Shown piece after piece: positions 23,719-37,500 of a DNA stretch of 64,000 nt (position 1 is its first letter; each line of letters starts with the position of its first letter). The translations under genes were made by a program, and so were the position numbers. The stretch spans positions 12,772,001 to 12,836,000 of the forward strand of contig JBHGNT010000017.1 in NCBI GenBank assembly GCA_043228905.1, read 5' to 3'. Source of the DNA: Azolla caroliniana. Its lineage: Eukaryota; Plantae; Polypodiophyta. The notes under the pieces are model-generated. The model ran no database searches, had not been told where the DNA came from, and worked only from the letters and a program-made list of their open reading frames with translations.

Positions 23719-26714
23719 CTATTCTTCGTCCAAAATGTCCAGAATGCTTTGTTCGAGAGGCTCCAATGGTTCATCTGGAAGTGGTTGTTGTTGTTGTTGC
23801 TGTTGCTGCTCTGTTGATGTCTGTTGTGGCGGGTTCGTTAGTGGCTGCTGCGGCTGCTCCTCTGTTTGTTGCTCTGACACCGGCGTCTCCGTCGTTGCTC
23901 CCTGCATCGTAGTGGTCTCCGGCTGGCCCTCAGCCGGCGATGGTTCCTCATCACTAAGGTTAACCGTTGCCGCTTCCAGTGCTTTTTCTTCCTGCACCAG
24001 GGACCGCTCGTAGCTTTCAAACTGGATTTGAGCGTCCAGCCTATCATCGTCTAGCTGAGCTACGAGCTGCTTGACCTGCACCAGCTGTTCATCTGCCAGG
24101 ACTTGGAAGTCGTCGGCCAGCTCGTCCCGTATGGCGGTGAAGTCCTCAGAAGTCAACGTATAATAGTCATCTCCTTCCTTCCGCCGGTTTGCCACATCTG
24201 CCCGTAGCAACTGGAGTTCCGCCGCTTTTGTGCCCACTTTGTCCACCATTTTACGGAGCTTTCATCAATCAAGTGTTTTGTCTGATTCAGCCATGCCCGG
24301 AGGATGGACTGAATCCGGCTCGTTCCCAATTGCGATTTGGTTTCCGCCGCTTGCCGTTCCTCCTTCAGTTGTTTGATGATTTTGACGTTGTCCTCCGCCT
24401 GCGCCTTGTAATGTGTCAATTGCCTTTGATATGTGCTTTGTAATTTATGCAATACTGTTGATGCTCTCTCTTTGTCTTCCTGCTGCTGCCTCTGGAGCTC
24501 CATCCGGACCTTCTCCGCCTCGTCCAAGCGTCTTGTATTTTCCGCCCGTTCGTCGGCGATCGTCGTCGCGGCCCGATCAACTGCCTGTTGGAGCTCGACC
24601 ATCCATTCTTTATGCTCCGTTTCCAGCCGTTTGTAGTCCCGGTGCAGGTGCTCAAAATCATCCGTCTTTTGCTTGAGTCGTGCGTTGATCTGACGACAGG
24701 CCCGGTCCTCGCGGTCCTTCTGCTGGCGGAGCTCTTCCTTTAGCCGTTCAATCTCTGTTTCCGTCGTTTTCCGCAGCTTGTCCTTTTCCTGCAGCACTTT
24801 GTCTTTCTCCTCCTTTAGCCGGTCGTACGCTTGATGGCCTTTCCGGAGGTTCTCCTCTGCCCGGCGGAGGTTCTCAGCAGTCTTCTTTAATTCGGCTTCG
24901 GCCGCCGTCTTCAATTCTCGTTCACGGCTCCTTAGCGCTTCTTGTGTGGCAAGTTCATCTCTCAATTCCGCAAGCTCCTGGGCTTGCGCCGCATCTCTCG
25001 TCGGAACGGTTTCCGTTGCCAGGGTCTTATTGCTATGTACAGGTCATTCCGTTTCTTTATTCTGTACACTTACCGGAGTCACCGGTGATTGGATCCGTGT
25101 TGCCGTTAAGGCCATTTTGGCCATCTCTGTCGTGACCTGATCCAAGTCTTTTTCAAGGCACCGGATTTTGGACCGGGCCGTCTCTAGTTGTTCGGTTGTG
25201 ACGAGCAACCGTTCGCTTTGCACTCTTTCTTCCGCCTCAATATACCCCACTGCTCCGGCTATCTGTTCGCCTATCCACCGGAGCCACAGGCTACCGGTGC
25301 CTTGTTGTGCTTGCACGGAGCTTTGACAGATGGGCTCACTTGTAGAGGGGTGGTCCCGCCTGGTTGCGCCGAGTTGCAGTTCCGTTTCTGCCCGTGGACC
25401 ACCCTGTTGTCCTGGTTCCCCTTGCGCTTCTTCTTGGCTGACCGAGGGAGGCTGCATTGACCTTTCCGGCTCTGGCGGGATGGGACTTGCCGGTGTTGCC
25501 GGTGGTGTCGGGGCTTCTGTTTCCGGTTCCATATGCACCGGTTCCGGTTCCTTCCTTGGTGTGGGAGTCTCACTAAGGGGAGCCGGTGTTCCCTCCATCT
25601 GAAGGTCCGAACGTTTCCCGGCTGTCTCAACGATCCTTGCCGACGACCGTCGCTGGAGGTGCTCCGTGGGCTCCTCCTCTATTTCCTCCTCCTGAGCTCC
25701 GGCATTGAGTTTTGCCGCCAAGGGGTCCGCTTCTCTATTCACCGGTCGGCGGAGTGTGACCTTTACGAGTCGTGCCGGTGGTTCCTCCTGCGCCTCCGTT
25801 GGGCGCTTCCGGCTGCCGCTTCCTGCTACCGCCTATTCTGCATCCGCCGCCTTTCCCTTAGTGGCCTTAGAGGCCAACAGCTGTTGCCGTTTGGAAGCCG
25901 TCCTTGGGGTGCCGTCCGCCACTCTTCCTCGCTTCTTGGGCTGAACGGGCTGGACGGGTGGCACAAGCAAGGTGAGCCACTGCGTTACGGCGTGCCATAT
26001 CCTCCGTCCGTCTCGACCTTCTTTGCCATCTTTGCCTCTGACGATCTCGATGGCCGCACACAAGCCATCTGCGATCAATACCGGCCAATCCACCTTGATC
26101 CCTTCATAGGTGGCGATGATCATCCCTGCCCGGTTCTGCGGCATGACAGGGGGTCTAGGGTACACGTGGCCGTATTCATGGAGCACACGAGCAATTTCGC
26201 GGAACAGCATATCTCTGCCGCCCTGTGTCCGGTAGCCCTTGCTGGCTAGAGAGTACTCACCAAAATACCTAATGAGTTGCTCCGGGGTTGGATTGTCGAT
26301 CGTGAGTATGCCTCCCTCCGGAAGGCCTGTTAACGCTCGAATCGCCTCTGTCGTTATGACCTCTGTATCGATTTCCTTGATCACTTTGTCGGCTTCTTTG
26401 TGTGGCGGTACTTCCATCATCATCAAGAAGCCCTCGAGCCCGTGTTGCTTTAGCCATGTCTTGGTGGCTTCCGACAGCGTTTGCGGGTCCATGTCTGTGT
26501 CGAGGTCGGATGGCGGTGGTGAGGTTGGATGGTGATGAGAGTGAGGTTGAGAAAGAGAGAGTTCAGAAGGCGGGGGTTCTCTGTGCGCAGGTTCTCGTCT
26601 GATGATCTTGCAGCGTCTTGGTGCTTCTGTGCTCCTGGGTTCGCGAAAGTAGAGGGTCTCTACGTGCAGTGGTTTTTGTCTGTGCATTCTGGCGCCTTTT
26701 TCGAGTGTGTGCAT
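23719..26714 (-). pseudogene. Extra ORF: globular N-domain, Pro/Glu-rich linker, long coiled coil, Q-rich tail
   Basis: Consecutive frameshifted ORFs 25833-26714, 25044-25742, 24153-24965 and 23719-24249. Homologues at 20640-22700, 1-650 and about 51460-51558. Confidence 0.75.
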
Positions 26715-26864
26715 GTCGTGTACTAAAATAGCATTATGTCCTGTGGTGGCGCTTTAAATGCCCACTACGTACATTTTCGCTCCTCGCTCTTTCATCCATT
26801 CATTCCTCGCTTTTGCATGATTGTTTTTTTTTTTTTTTTAGTTATTATTATTATTAGTGTGACG

Positions 26865-29800
26865 TCACTTGTCCGTTGGCACTCTCGGACCCTTACTAGC
26901 CTCATTCTCCCCAATTACCGGCTCGCCTTCTCTGCCGTCTTGGTGGTTGCCGTTTCCCTCACTGGTGTCGGTCCTTTGCTCAAATGGGTTCTTAGGCATC
27001 GGTCCTCTATATGCCTTCAACCGGAATCCGTTGACCCATTTGCCTAGCACTTCGCCAGCAAGTGTCCCTAACTGGTAGGACCCATTATACTCCCGTGTTA
27101 GCCAATACGGTCCGGTCCATCTAAACCATAGTTTACCCGGCATCTTGCCCATCCGGGTTTGGAATACTAACACCGGTTTGCCGATTGCGAACATTTTTTC
27201 GTTACCTTTCCTGTGTCGGTCGACAAATGCTTTCCGTCGCCGTTGCTCCAATTCTAAATGTAGGATGCTGGCCAATCATTGTTCCTCGAGCTCACACAGT
27301 GCTGTCAACCTTATTGTCTCCGACTCCTTCTTGTTCAATGGTTCCCGTAGCTGGATCCGTAAGCTAGGTACTTGGAATTCTACCTGCATGACCGCCTCTA
27401 GTCCGAACGCTAACCAGAACGGTGTTGTTCGGATGCTCGTTTTGTATGTCGTCCGATATGCCCAAAGTGCGCTATGTAGCTTTGTGTCCCAATCCGTCCG
27501 GTTTTCATTGACGATCTTCCGGAGGATATTCTGGAGCGTCTTGTTTGTTGATTCCACTAAACCGTTCGCCTGTGGATAGTAAGGTGTGCTCCGTTTGTGT
27601 ACAACGGCATAGAAGGTCGCTAGGCTTTCCACTACTTGTCCGAGAAAGTGCCCCCCTTGGTCACTTATTAATTCAATTGGGCATCCGTAACGGCACCAGA
27701 TGTACTCATATAGAAACTTCGCCGTTGACGCAGCGGTGTTATCCCGTAAAGCTTTGGCCTCCACCCATTTCGTGCAGTAATCCGTAGCAACGATAACGTA
27801 CCGATTACCCGTTCTCATTGTCGGTGGCTTGAACGGTCCTACAAAGTCCAGCCCCCACTTTTGGAATGGCTCGAGTGGTAGTACCGGCTGGTGTGGCATA
27901 CGAGCCTGCTCCGTTGGCTCGCCCATTCTCTGGCATAGGTCACATTCTTTTGCGTACCGTACCGCATCTCTTAATGTCGTTGGCTACCATAGGCCACTTT
28001 GCCATATTTTTCTAGCCGTCGCATCTCCGGCATAGTGACCTCCGGCAACTCCGCAGTGGGCTTCCCTCAGTATCAGTTCCTTTTCATCGCTGCACACTGC
28101 CCATCTCCATATGTCGTCCGCGCCCTTGTGGTACAGTGTGTCTTGCAGTAAGCAGAAATGTCGGCTTTGCACCGCCAGGCGTTTCCGTTCGTCTCGGTTC
28201 ATCTCTTCCGGAGGCAGTCCTGTGCTCAGAAACTGGTGCATATTTCTGAGCCATTTGTCTTCCTGTGCCACCGTCTCATCTGCTGCCGTCTCCATAGTGA
28301 CTCGAAACAACTCCGCATCCGGAAACTCATCCGCTACTCCGTCACCCGTCTCTCCGAACTCTAATCGGCTTAAGTAATCCGCCACGGCATGCTGTATACC
28401 GGGTCGGTGGAATATTTCAAACTCGAACTCCTGTAACAATAAGGTCCACCGGGCCAATTTGCTAGTGAGTGACGCTTTGGACACCAGGTAAAGGAGTGCC
28501 GAATGATCTACATGGAAGGAAAACTTCCTTCCCAACAAATAATGCCGAAACTTTGTCACACTGTAGATCATCCCTAGAGCTTCCCGTTCCGTAGTAGAGT
28601 AGTTCCATTCTGCTTGGGATAGCTTCTGGCTGGCATAGTACACTGGCCGGTACCACTTTGGTTCCGTAAGCTGCATTAGTACGCTTCCGATTGGGATGTC
28701 GGAGGCATCCACGAACACGTGAAATTCTTTACTCCAATCCGGAGGCTGCACTACCAGTGCCTGCGACAATAGTACCTTGAGGGACTTATACGCCCTATCC
28801 TCAGTGTCGGTCCACTAGAATGATGTCCGATGTACGGCGGCATGCAACGGTCTAGCCAGGTCGGCCAAGTATCGGAGCATCCGGCTGTGCCACCGGATCT
28901 GGCCTAAGAACCGACTTAATGCCTTTGCCGTTGCCGGCGCCGGTGCTTCTAATATGGCTTTCACTTTGTCCGGGTCGACTGCAATACCTTCCTGGCTCAC
29001 AATATGTCCTAATAAAGTTCCACTAGACACGCCAAATACACACTTTGCCGGATTCAAGCTTAGCCGGTACGCTCTACACTTTTCTAGACAAAGACAGAGG
29101 TGCTGAAAATGGTCCTCCTCCCGACTATAGACGGCGAAATCGTCAAGGAAAACCTGCATAAAAGCCGGTATATATTCACCAAAGGTTTCCATGATGATTC
29201 GTTGAAATGTTGTCGGTGCCGTTTTGAGTCCGAACATCATCACCACGGCCACAAAGACCCCCCATTCGGTGACGAATGTCGTTTTCTCTTGGTCGTCGGG
29301 GTGCATCCGGATCTGATTATACCCGCTGAATCCGTCTAGGAAGCTATAGACCTCATGGCCGGCGACGGCATCCAACACTCCATCTGTGAACGGAAGTGGA
29401 AACGGATCCGTTACCGTAGCCGCATTGAGTTTCCGGTAGTCCACGCAAACTCGAATTTTTCCGTTCTTCTTCGGTACGACTACGATTGGGCTCAACCATG
29501 TTGCTTTCTTTACCGGACGGATAAAGCCAACTCTTAGCAGTTTGTCGATTTCCTCCTTGACTTTGGCGGCATAATTGGGATTCATCCGGTACCGTCTTTG
29601 TGCCACTGGTTTTGCGTCCTTGCTCAAGTGCACTTGATGCTGGTATAACTGAGGGTAGAGTCCTCGCATGTCTTCGTATGACCAGGCGAATACGTCGCGA
29701 AATTCCGTGAGAAGTGTTATCATCGCCGTTTTGTCTTCGGACTTCATCTCCTTGGCGATGTGCACCGGTTTTGCTTCGTCCGTGGTGCCTAGGTTCACCT

Positions 29801-32690
29801 CTTCCAGTTGCGACGCTTTCACGCGCTGTGAAACGGCCATTTCCCGTTCCAACGCTTCCTGCGCTTGCCGTAACTCCCGGATTGCGTCTTTATCCGGTTC
29901 TGCTTCAGCCTCTTCCGGTTGCGGTAAGTATGGTGCTACTGCTTCGGCAATGTCAATTTCGAAGAGGGGTATGATCTTCGGGTTTTCCTGCAGGTATTGA
30001 GCTTCTTCTTCGTCCACTAACCCTTCTAGCATGTTGACGCATTCCGCATACAATGGTGTACATTCCTTGCCAGTGCTCGTCCTTGGCTGTGTTGGTACTC
30101 GTACCTTGGCTTTTCCTCGCCGGAAGGAAATTATATTTTTTCGCCAATTCTGTTTGATATGTGCCGTTTTCAACCATGGCCGCCCTAGCAATAGCGGGTA
30201 TGCGCCTTGTGCCTGTAATTGTAGCACTACGGCCGAGATGTGAAATGTATGACCGCCGACGGTGACTTCTAATTTCCGTATTAATCCTGTCGGCCGCACT
30301 AAGCTTGTATCGGCCATCCGCAACCAGAACGGACACGGCTCCGACTCGTGGATTCCTAGGTCATCACACGTCCGGAGGCTTATTACATTCACCCCAGAGC
30401 CTCCGTTTATAACTGTGTCGGGGAGTTCTTTCCCTTTTACAATGGCAGTGATTACCGGACTGTTGGTGTCCACCACCGTTGGTCCCTCCTCCAGATTCGA
30501 GAAGAGTACCGGTGCCGGTGATGGTTCTCCTACCGTCATGGCCGTCTTCAGTCCTTCCGTGAATCTTGGCACGAGTTGTAGGAGTCTTCCTAGTGGTAAC
30601 GTAATCTGGCATTCTTGCAACGCCTGCCATGTCTCGTTCTCGGAGTGATTACCGTCGGCAAGCCCTGCGGTGTTCTCCTTTTGCCGCTGTAAGTCTTTGA
30701 CATTCTGCTCGTTTGCTTTCTTTACCCATTCTGTTGCTTGTTTCCGGATGGTCTCTTGTGTCTCCCATTCTTTGGCCATGCCCTTCGACCTTGTGGTCAC
30801 CTGCTGCAGAGCTGCCACCTCAGGAACTACCATATTTACCGCCGGTCGTTTTTCATAGCTTTTCACCGGGCATTGGTTACTATAATGGCCTTCCTGTCGG
30901 CAGTAGTAGCAGTAGGCCTTCCGGGTATTGCTAGATTCGGCATTGTCTGTTGTACCCGGGGCAGGTCCTACAGTACGCGCGGGGTTTTGTACCGGTTGGC
31001 TGCTTGGAGCTCCTTGTTCCGGATCCCGGGGGTAGCCGCCTTTTTTAAAATGCCGTTTTTTGTTATAGCTCTTCTTATTATGGTACTCTTGACGGGGTTG
31101 CCCGTTATATCTGCCGTATTCCTCCCGTTGCTAACGATACCCGGGGGAGTGCTCCCGGTCGTAATGTTCGTATCGTCTATTGTAATCCTAGTACCGATCA
31201 TGCCGGTCATAGTTATCCCGCCGATCACCGTACCGGACATCATTTTCCCGTCGATCGCCATACCGGACATCATTTTCCCGTCGCTTGCCATACCGGACAT
31301 CCTGTGCCGGTCGGTCACGGTCCATTCGCCGCCAGCGTTCGTCTTCTTCATCCCGGCTACTGCGTGGCTCAATTTGTCGGACGGGCGGTGCTTGCCGATT
31401 CAACAGATTATACTCGCACCTATCCGTCGTATGGCTCTTGGATTGACAGATTAAACATTGCGTCCTCATAGTGCATTCTAGAGCCGAGTGTCTGGAATTC
31501 AAGCAGGTTGTGCACTGTATTGCTTGCCGAAACCGGAGGTCTTCATCGGACGGTAACGCCCGTTGAAGTGCTCCCAGTGTGAGCCAGGAGCTTGTCTTTT
31601 CCATCTCTCTCACCCGGTCAATGACTTGGTCGATGGTACTTGTGCGGATTTCGATTACCGTGCAAACCGTGCGTAGGGGTTCCCGGAGCGCGTTTAGGAA
31701 TATAGTCCGTAATTCCTCTTCCGGGGGTGCGCGGGCAAGCTGACTATGCATCCGTTGAAACCGGATGACAAATTGGGGAATGCTCTCCCCTGCCTCTTGC
31801 CGGATGGTATAAAATAAGCCTACCATTACGGTCTGGTCCACCTCCTTTTGAAAAAAATGCAAGAATTTAGCTTTTAAATCTGCAAAGGTGTTGATGGTAG
31901 ACGGGTCCTGCGTCCGGCGCCATCTTGCTGCCGGTCCCTCCAATGTGACGCCAAATTCCGCTATCTTAGAGCGTTCTTCTTCCTCCGGGGTCAATCGCTG
32001 GGACACATGGTTGGCTTCCCATGTCTGTTCAAAGGCGTGCACATGAGCTTCCGCATCCAGATCATCTCTATACTTGGAGTACTGGAACGGCATGTCGTCG
32101 TCCGGTATCGGTGCGCAGGCTGGTAGTGCTGGTGCTCGTTCCGGAATTTTTTCCGGCGTCGGTGGTCTTTCCCGATTTGTTTCCGGCGTCGGTTGTTTTT
32201 CCTCTTCCTTTGGTGACAGAGGCCTCTCCTCTTCGACTTCCAGTGTCGGAGGTCGCTCTTCCTCTGCTGGTTCCGGGGGTTCCAGCGTTAGCACTTCCGA
32301 TTCCGATGTCGGTAAGGTATCTGATCCTTCGTCCTCCGGTCCGCCCGGGGTTTCATTGCTGCTACGGTAGTTCGTGTGCACGTTGTATTCCCCTTCGGAA
32401 TCCGATTCATATGCTGAAAAGGCTTCTGCTTCGCCTTCTCCGTTTGCCAACGCGTGGAGAAGGGATTCGGTTTCCCGGAGGCTGCTTAGGCTACTGCCGT
32501 CGTCCGGGTGCGATGTTTGCTGTAACCAGAGGGAGTCCTCCGCTACTCTCCGGATTACGTTGGAAAACGAGCGATTCGCTCTAATTTCCTGCGCCGCTTG
32601 CTGGAAAGCCTCGCGTCTCCTTTGCCTTTCGGCAAGGCGTCGAGTTCGATCTGTAACCAGGTCGTGCGTTGATCTAGACATCCATCCGTG
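26865..32690 (-). pseudogene. Family D gag-pol, a few stops and frameshifts
   Basis: ORFs 31188-32768 (gag, two CCHC-like knuckles), 28815-30866 (PR-RT), 27984-28769 (RH), 27276-27926 and 26865-27275 (INT). Confidence 0.92.
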
Positions 32691-32715
32691 TCGTCGTTCG
32701 CTACAAAAACAAGAA

Positions 32716-32727
32716 TCGTGGTCGCCA
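32716..32727 (-). promoter_or_regulatory. Minus-strand PBS, tRNA-Arg type
   Basis: TGGCGACCACGA, 7 nt (CAGTTTT) after the 5' LTR; complementary to a ...GGUCG-CCA tRNA end. Confidence 0.7.
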
Positions 32728-33771
32728 AAAACTGTGTTAACTCTTAGGGCCGGACAATGACCTAACACAGGGTGTCTACAGGAGACACTTCACCAAAGGG
32801 TGTTACGGCAACCGGATTAGACTTCAACGCTTAATCCGACTTAATTAAGTTACTTATTAGGATCGCCTTTCATAACACGCGTAAGATATAACAATTACGA
32901 CAGAACGGCAATTAACATAGAGAGATAACAACGCTTAAGCTTTCATTAATTAACCGCTAACTATTACACTGTATCCGGGCCTTTAAATAGGTTTCCGGTC
33001 TGTATTACAAAACGGTGCCATCCGCACCTGTTCGGGATCGGTCCGGATCCGGAACGGCATACCATTTCCGGTCCGTCCGTCCACACTCATAGCTTAATTA
33101 CAACCACATTCCTACTACTTAATTAACTCTCCGTTTCCAACTCTGGACTCCTTTGCCGGCCGGTAACACCTTGTATGGTTTGAGCCAGAGCTGGTAGGAT
33201 CCTTTAAATTCTCTTGTTATCTAGTATGGTCCTGTCCACCGGAACCGGAGCTTCCTTGGCATGCTCCCCATCGGGGTCTGAAACACCAGCACTAGTTTTC
33301 CGATTCCAAATTCCTTCTCATTTCCCTTCCAGTGTTGGTCGACGAATGCCTTCCATCGATGTTGTTCTAGCTCCAATTGCATGAATCTTAATATCTGGTG
33401 TTCTTCAAGCTCACAAAGTGTTTCCAACTGGAATCATTCCGACTCTTGCTCGCTCAACCGTTCACGTACTTGTAAGCGCAAACTAGGAATTTGGAATTCC
33501 ATTGGCATAACTGCTTCTAGGCCGAATGCCAATTAGAACGGTGTTGACCGGATGCTCGTCTTGTATGTTGTCCGGTAAGCCCACAGAGCATTGTGCAACT
33601 TCGTATCCCAGCCTGTCAGGTTGTTCACAAATTTCCATCATATATTCTGAAGCATCTTATTGGTCGATTCCACCAATCCGTTTGCTTGTGGGTAATACAA
33701 CGTACTCTTCTTGTGGACTACAATGTACAATGTTGTGAGATTTTGGAACACTTGACCTATGAAGTGTCCCC

Positions 33772-34515
33772 TGAAGATCGAATATGTGCAGAAATGTATG
33801 TGTGAGGATCTGTTATAGTGTTCAACAAAAAACACAAAAGGAAGGCAAGAGAATAAACAGAGAATGGACACGTTCGAAGCTTTAATGGAAGCTTTAATAT
33901 ATTACGTTCTTTCTCTCTCTCACTCTGAGATCACTATACAAGATGATCAAGAAGTTCTCTCTCTTTTACACTGTTAGGTTATTGCTTATATACTAAGCCC
34001 TAACTCTTTTGGACGAGTTGACACTAGGATACAAATTGGAAGGAGTCGGCCTTTTATGCCAACAAACTCCCTAGTAAAAGGACTACTCTTTCCTGCATGT
34101 ACAAGTGTTTGGGGTTATCTCCCCCGTAAACCTAGATTACAACATTAATCTAAATTTATATTTACAAGTCAGTCGGCATGTGGCTGAGTCGGCAAAGATG
34201 TGTTCAATGTATAGCTTGGTTAGGCTAGTCATTCAGATTGAATTGTTTGAGTCGATCGGTTCGACTTACCTTCTGCTCCTCGTTCAACCTTCTTTTGCTT
34301 GGTCATTTGTCGCAGTCCCATCTTTGTCCTTAGTGTTCCGAAGCGTTGATCTGGGAGAGGCTTCGTCAGGAAATCAACGATGTTCACCTTGGTGTCAATC
34401 ATTCGAACTTCAAGCTTCTTCTCTGTTATGAGCTCCAGGATGTGATGATACCGCACCTCAATATGCTTTGTCTTTGCATGATAGACAGGATTGTTGATGA
34501 AACACCGAGTCATTT
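33772..34515 (-). mobile_element. Copia 3' fragment (RNase H end plus probable LTR about 33772-34208)
   Basis: NPVYHAKTKHIEVRYHHI...DFLTKPL. LTR limits are approximate. Confidence 0.7.
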
Positions 34516-34519
34516 GAAA

Positions 34520-37500
34520 CAGGTAATATGTCGCAATTTAAGAACAGTTCTTCCAAAAAAGGCACAAAGTAGGTCATTTCACAAAAAGGACCATCACATG
34601 CATAAAGGGTTTTGGAAATTTAATCAAAATATATTGATTTATACCATGTCCAAAAATTTAGGGCTTTCAAAAAATGCCCCTAATAATCGACAGGTGAAAT
34701 TCACAAGAGAACGTACTAAAATTACAAAATGACTACCATGTATATATATACATATTTGTGAATCGCCATATTGATGTAACATACAATATTTACATTTCAT
34801 ATATGAGATCCATCACTTCCCAGAGATACGCCTTCCCCTTCAAACCCACCCGATGAACTGGAAGAGCTTTGTGAGGTCTCATCCTCATCATCACTAGCAA
34901 CGAATACATTGTCTTCATCCAATTGAAATCCAACGTCACTGTGATTATGAGACATAGTCCATGTTTGTCTTTGTGTTGCGTCAACAAGCACATTTGGGAT
35001 CTTCTCTTTTATTACCTTGATTGTAGTTTGTCTTAGATGGCCTATTTTGGTCAAGGAGAAGTCATACACGAGTATGTCGACATTATCAAGTGCTAGAGTA
35101 GACGTGCTTAATAGATTCTTTTTTCTTCTCTTTCTACTTGTGCCTTCGACATCCTTAACCATCTCTAAACAGTACCTCCCAATCAATGCATCTTTGGAAG
35201 AGGTATGATACCAATGAACCATAATAGACTCTACTTGATTGCCTTCATCATCCTTAATAATTTCAATGATTTTGGCAATCCAGAAGGGATGGCCCAACTT
35301 ATCACCCCCAGCTAATGTTGCAACCAACATACCAACTTGTAGCTCATGTAGATTGCCTTGCCACCTCGCCTCTGCAACATGCAATAATCTTGGTCCCATG
35401 TAAATATCTCTTTGTCGTGGACGAACTAGATTATTCAATTCAAGATTATCTAGTGGTTGTAAATGAGTCGTGCTTGCCTTTGATGGGCCACAAAGCGCCC
35501 ATTCAAATTGATTTTGTAGTGGCCAGTACCCTGTAAAGTGGTTATCTAATATTGTATGTTGATGATTAAAGAAGACATCCCACCAATCCACATCCTGATC
35601 ACCAACGTACTTTCTAGTTCGCTCAATATTTTTCTGTTTTTCCTCAAGGCACTGAATCCAATATATCTTTTGCTCTTCAATTGAACTACCAATAGCCAAT
35701 CTTTTATGGTCGTCATAGGGCATTTGCTCAACACCATAGATTGTTGCATCTGGGAAATGCAATAAGAGCTTACCTCCATCTTGTGGCTCCCATTGCGAGC
35801 TAGATGAGTATTGTTTGGCATACAACATGGTCTATTTTTGACTGACCACACTTTTTTGGATGAGGAAGACGTGGTTAAAACTTATATTATTAAGTGGAGC
35901 AAGAACCCTACATCCATTCCCATCACCATCCGAACAAAAGCGCTTGAAATCATATACTTCATCTAAATGTTGCACATCTGGCTTGGGTTTATAAGCTTCA
36001 GCGATCAACCTTGATAGCAAAGGAAGTGTGAAAGCATCGCACCTCGCTAATTTCTTGTAGAACCTACTAAACATTTTATCTATGTGATTATGTATATGAC
36101 CAACTAGCAAGAAGTTGACCTTAATCTTTTTGAAAATACTCTTGTCTGCTAACATGCTCAAATAACCAAACATAGTTGAGTTCTTGTTTTCTCTCGCGTG
36201 TTGTCAAGTTGCACGTATAGTACTGGTGGGAGTAAACCTTGTCAACTCTGTACAACTCTTTGCATGATTGTCACTATATGATTAGGGTCGTTGTGGATAT
36301 TTGGATAAGTTAGGAAAACTTCAAGCCTTATTGTCTGACAATACACAATACATCCTACTAAGTGCATTTGCACTAGGCATTCATCTCCAACATCCTTGGG
36401 CAACCTTCGAAAATGTGGCAAACAAGTTTTCTTTTGATCCATCCCATCTATAATCAAACACATATATCTTTCTAGCGATTGAAGCGCCTTTTGACAATGG
36501 TGCATAGCTTTAGATCTTTCCAATGCCCGGCTTTCTCAATGTTCTCTCAATAAATTCTTATATTTTGTTATTTCTTCATCTGTTGTCCCACTCTTTGCCT
36601 TGCTTTTTAAACTCGCACATATAGAACAAACACCCATCCGGACCTTGTGGGGTATGACCACATTGTTAAACTTCGATCTCTATAAACGATGAAAATGTTG
36701 ATATGGTATGCAAGATACACTTTGCAATAACTTGACATCCTTATACGCTTGGTATACCTCACGACGAGTGAAGTTATCTAACAAATGTAACCTTCCAGTG
36801 GTGGGCATAACATCACATTGCGTCGAGAAATATATCTCCATCCATCAAACGACATGCCGCCCAATTAGACCCTTACATGTAGATTCTGTATTGTTGAAAG
36901 GTACCCACCACCCCTTAAGTAATCGATGTTGATTTTCTTTGTAGGCTCATGTTCCCGATGCTATAGGCAATTTTAAAAACAACTCGAAAACTCTTCATAG
37001 TAAGTGAAAGGTAATATTCCACCTGTTGAGAACATGACACTCCCACATGACAAGTTGCATATTGGAAATTAAGAATGTATCTTGTTCGTCGCCATTGAGA
37101 GGCAAATACTTTTGTCGCAACCCCCACAAGTTTTTCTTCCCAAAATTTGTGAGACAAAGGCTCCCACAACATACCTTGCATATATCAATTGCAATTTGGT
37201 AAACTGAACACAAAAATTTATATCGTTTAACGCTCACTTGTCGAGGAATGCTTCGAAAATTTAGAGGCTTGTTGGCACAGTCGTCGTCAACATTCAAAAA
37301 ACTAGACTCGTCATGAATTTTATCTACTTTAATATTTCTTATTTTACCTAAGTTAAAAGACTCTATCGAAAAAAGTGACGTCAAACTTTGCTCTTGATCG
37401 TCGTTTGACTTTATATGGCACAATTTGTTATTAACATGGTTATATTCCTTGAATGAGAATAACGAGTTATCAAATAATTTAAAAGGCTCAATAGAAAATA

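Larger units (their letters stand above)
23231..33168 (-). mobile_element. Complete non-chromovirus gypsy element (OTA/Tat-like, family D) with an extra 3' ORF; LTRs 23231-23664 and 32735-33168
   Basis: 434-bp LTRs with about a dozen differences, TG...CA ends, TSD CCTTG, gag-PR-RT(FLDD)-RH-INT followed by a sense extra ORF. Confidence 0.96.
2407..33771 (-). mobile_element. Old host gypsy element (integrase plus extra ORF) in three pieces: 33169-33771, 20638-23230, 2407-2963
   Basis: Integrase motifs (YYPQANGLVESTNK, KLRFRWTGPY) and an extra ORF homologous to that of the 23231-33168 element. The pieces rejoin across the CCTTG and CCTCT target-site duplications (TSDs). Confidence 0.75.

Noticed and set aside
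23231-33168. Two head-to-head elements, or a plus-strand element, explaining the two PBS-like sites
   Set aside because: The LTRs are direct, near-identical and share one TSD. All ORFs and the LTR TATA are on the minus strand, and the copy at 51450-52042 has the same layout.
7213-33805. Numerous ORFs antisense to TE genes (e.g. 14507-15064, 25533-26249, 30738-31454)
   Set aside because: Shadow frames of gag-pol or the extra ORFs, with no independent motifs.
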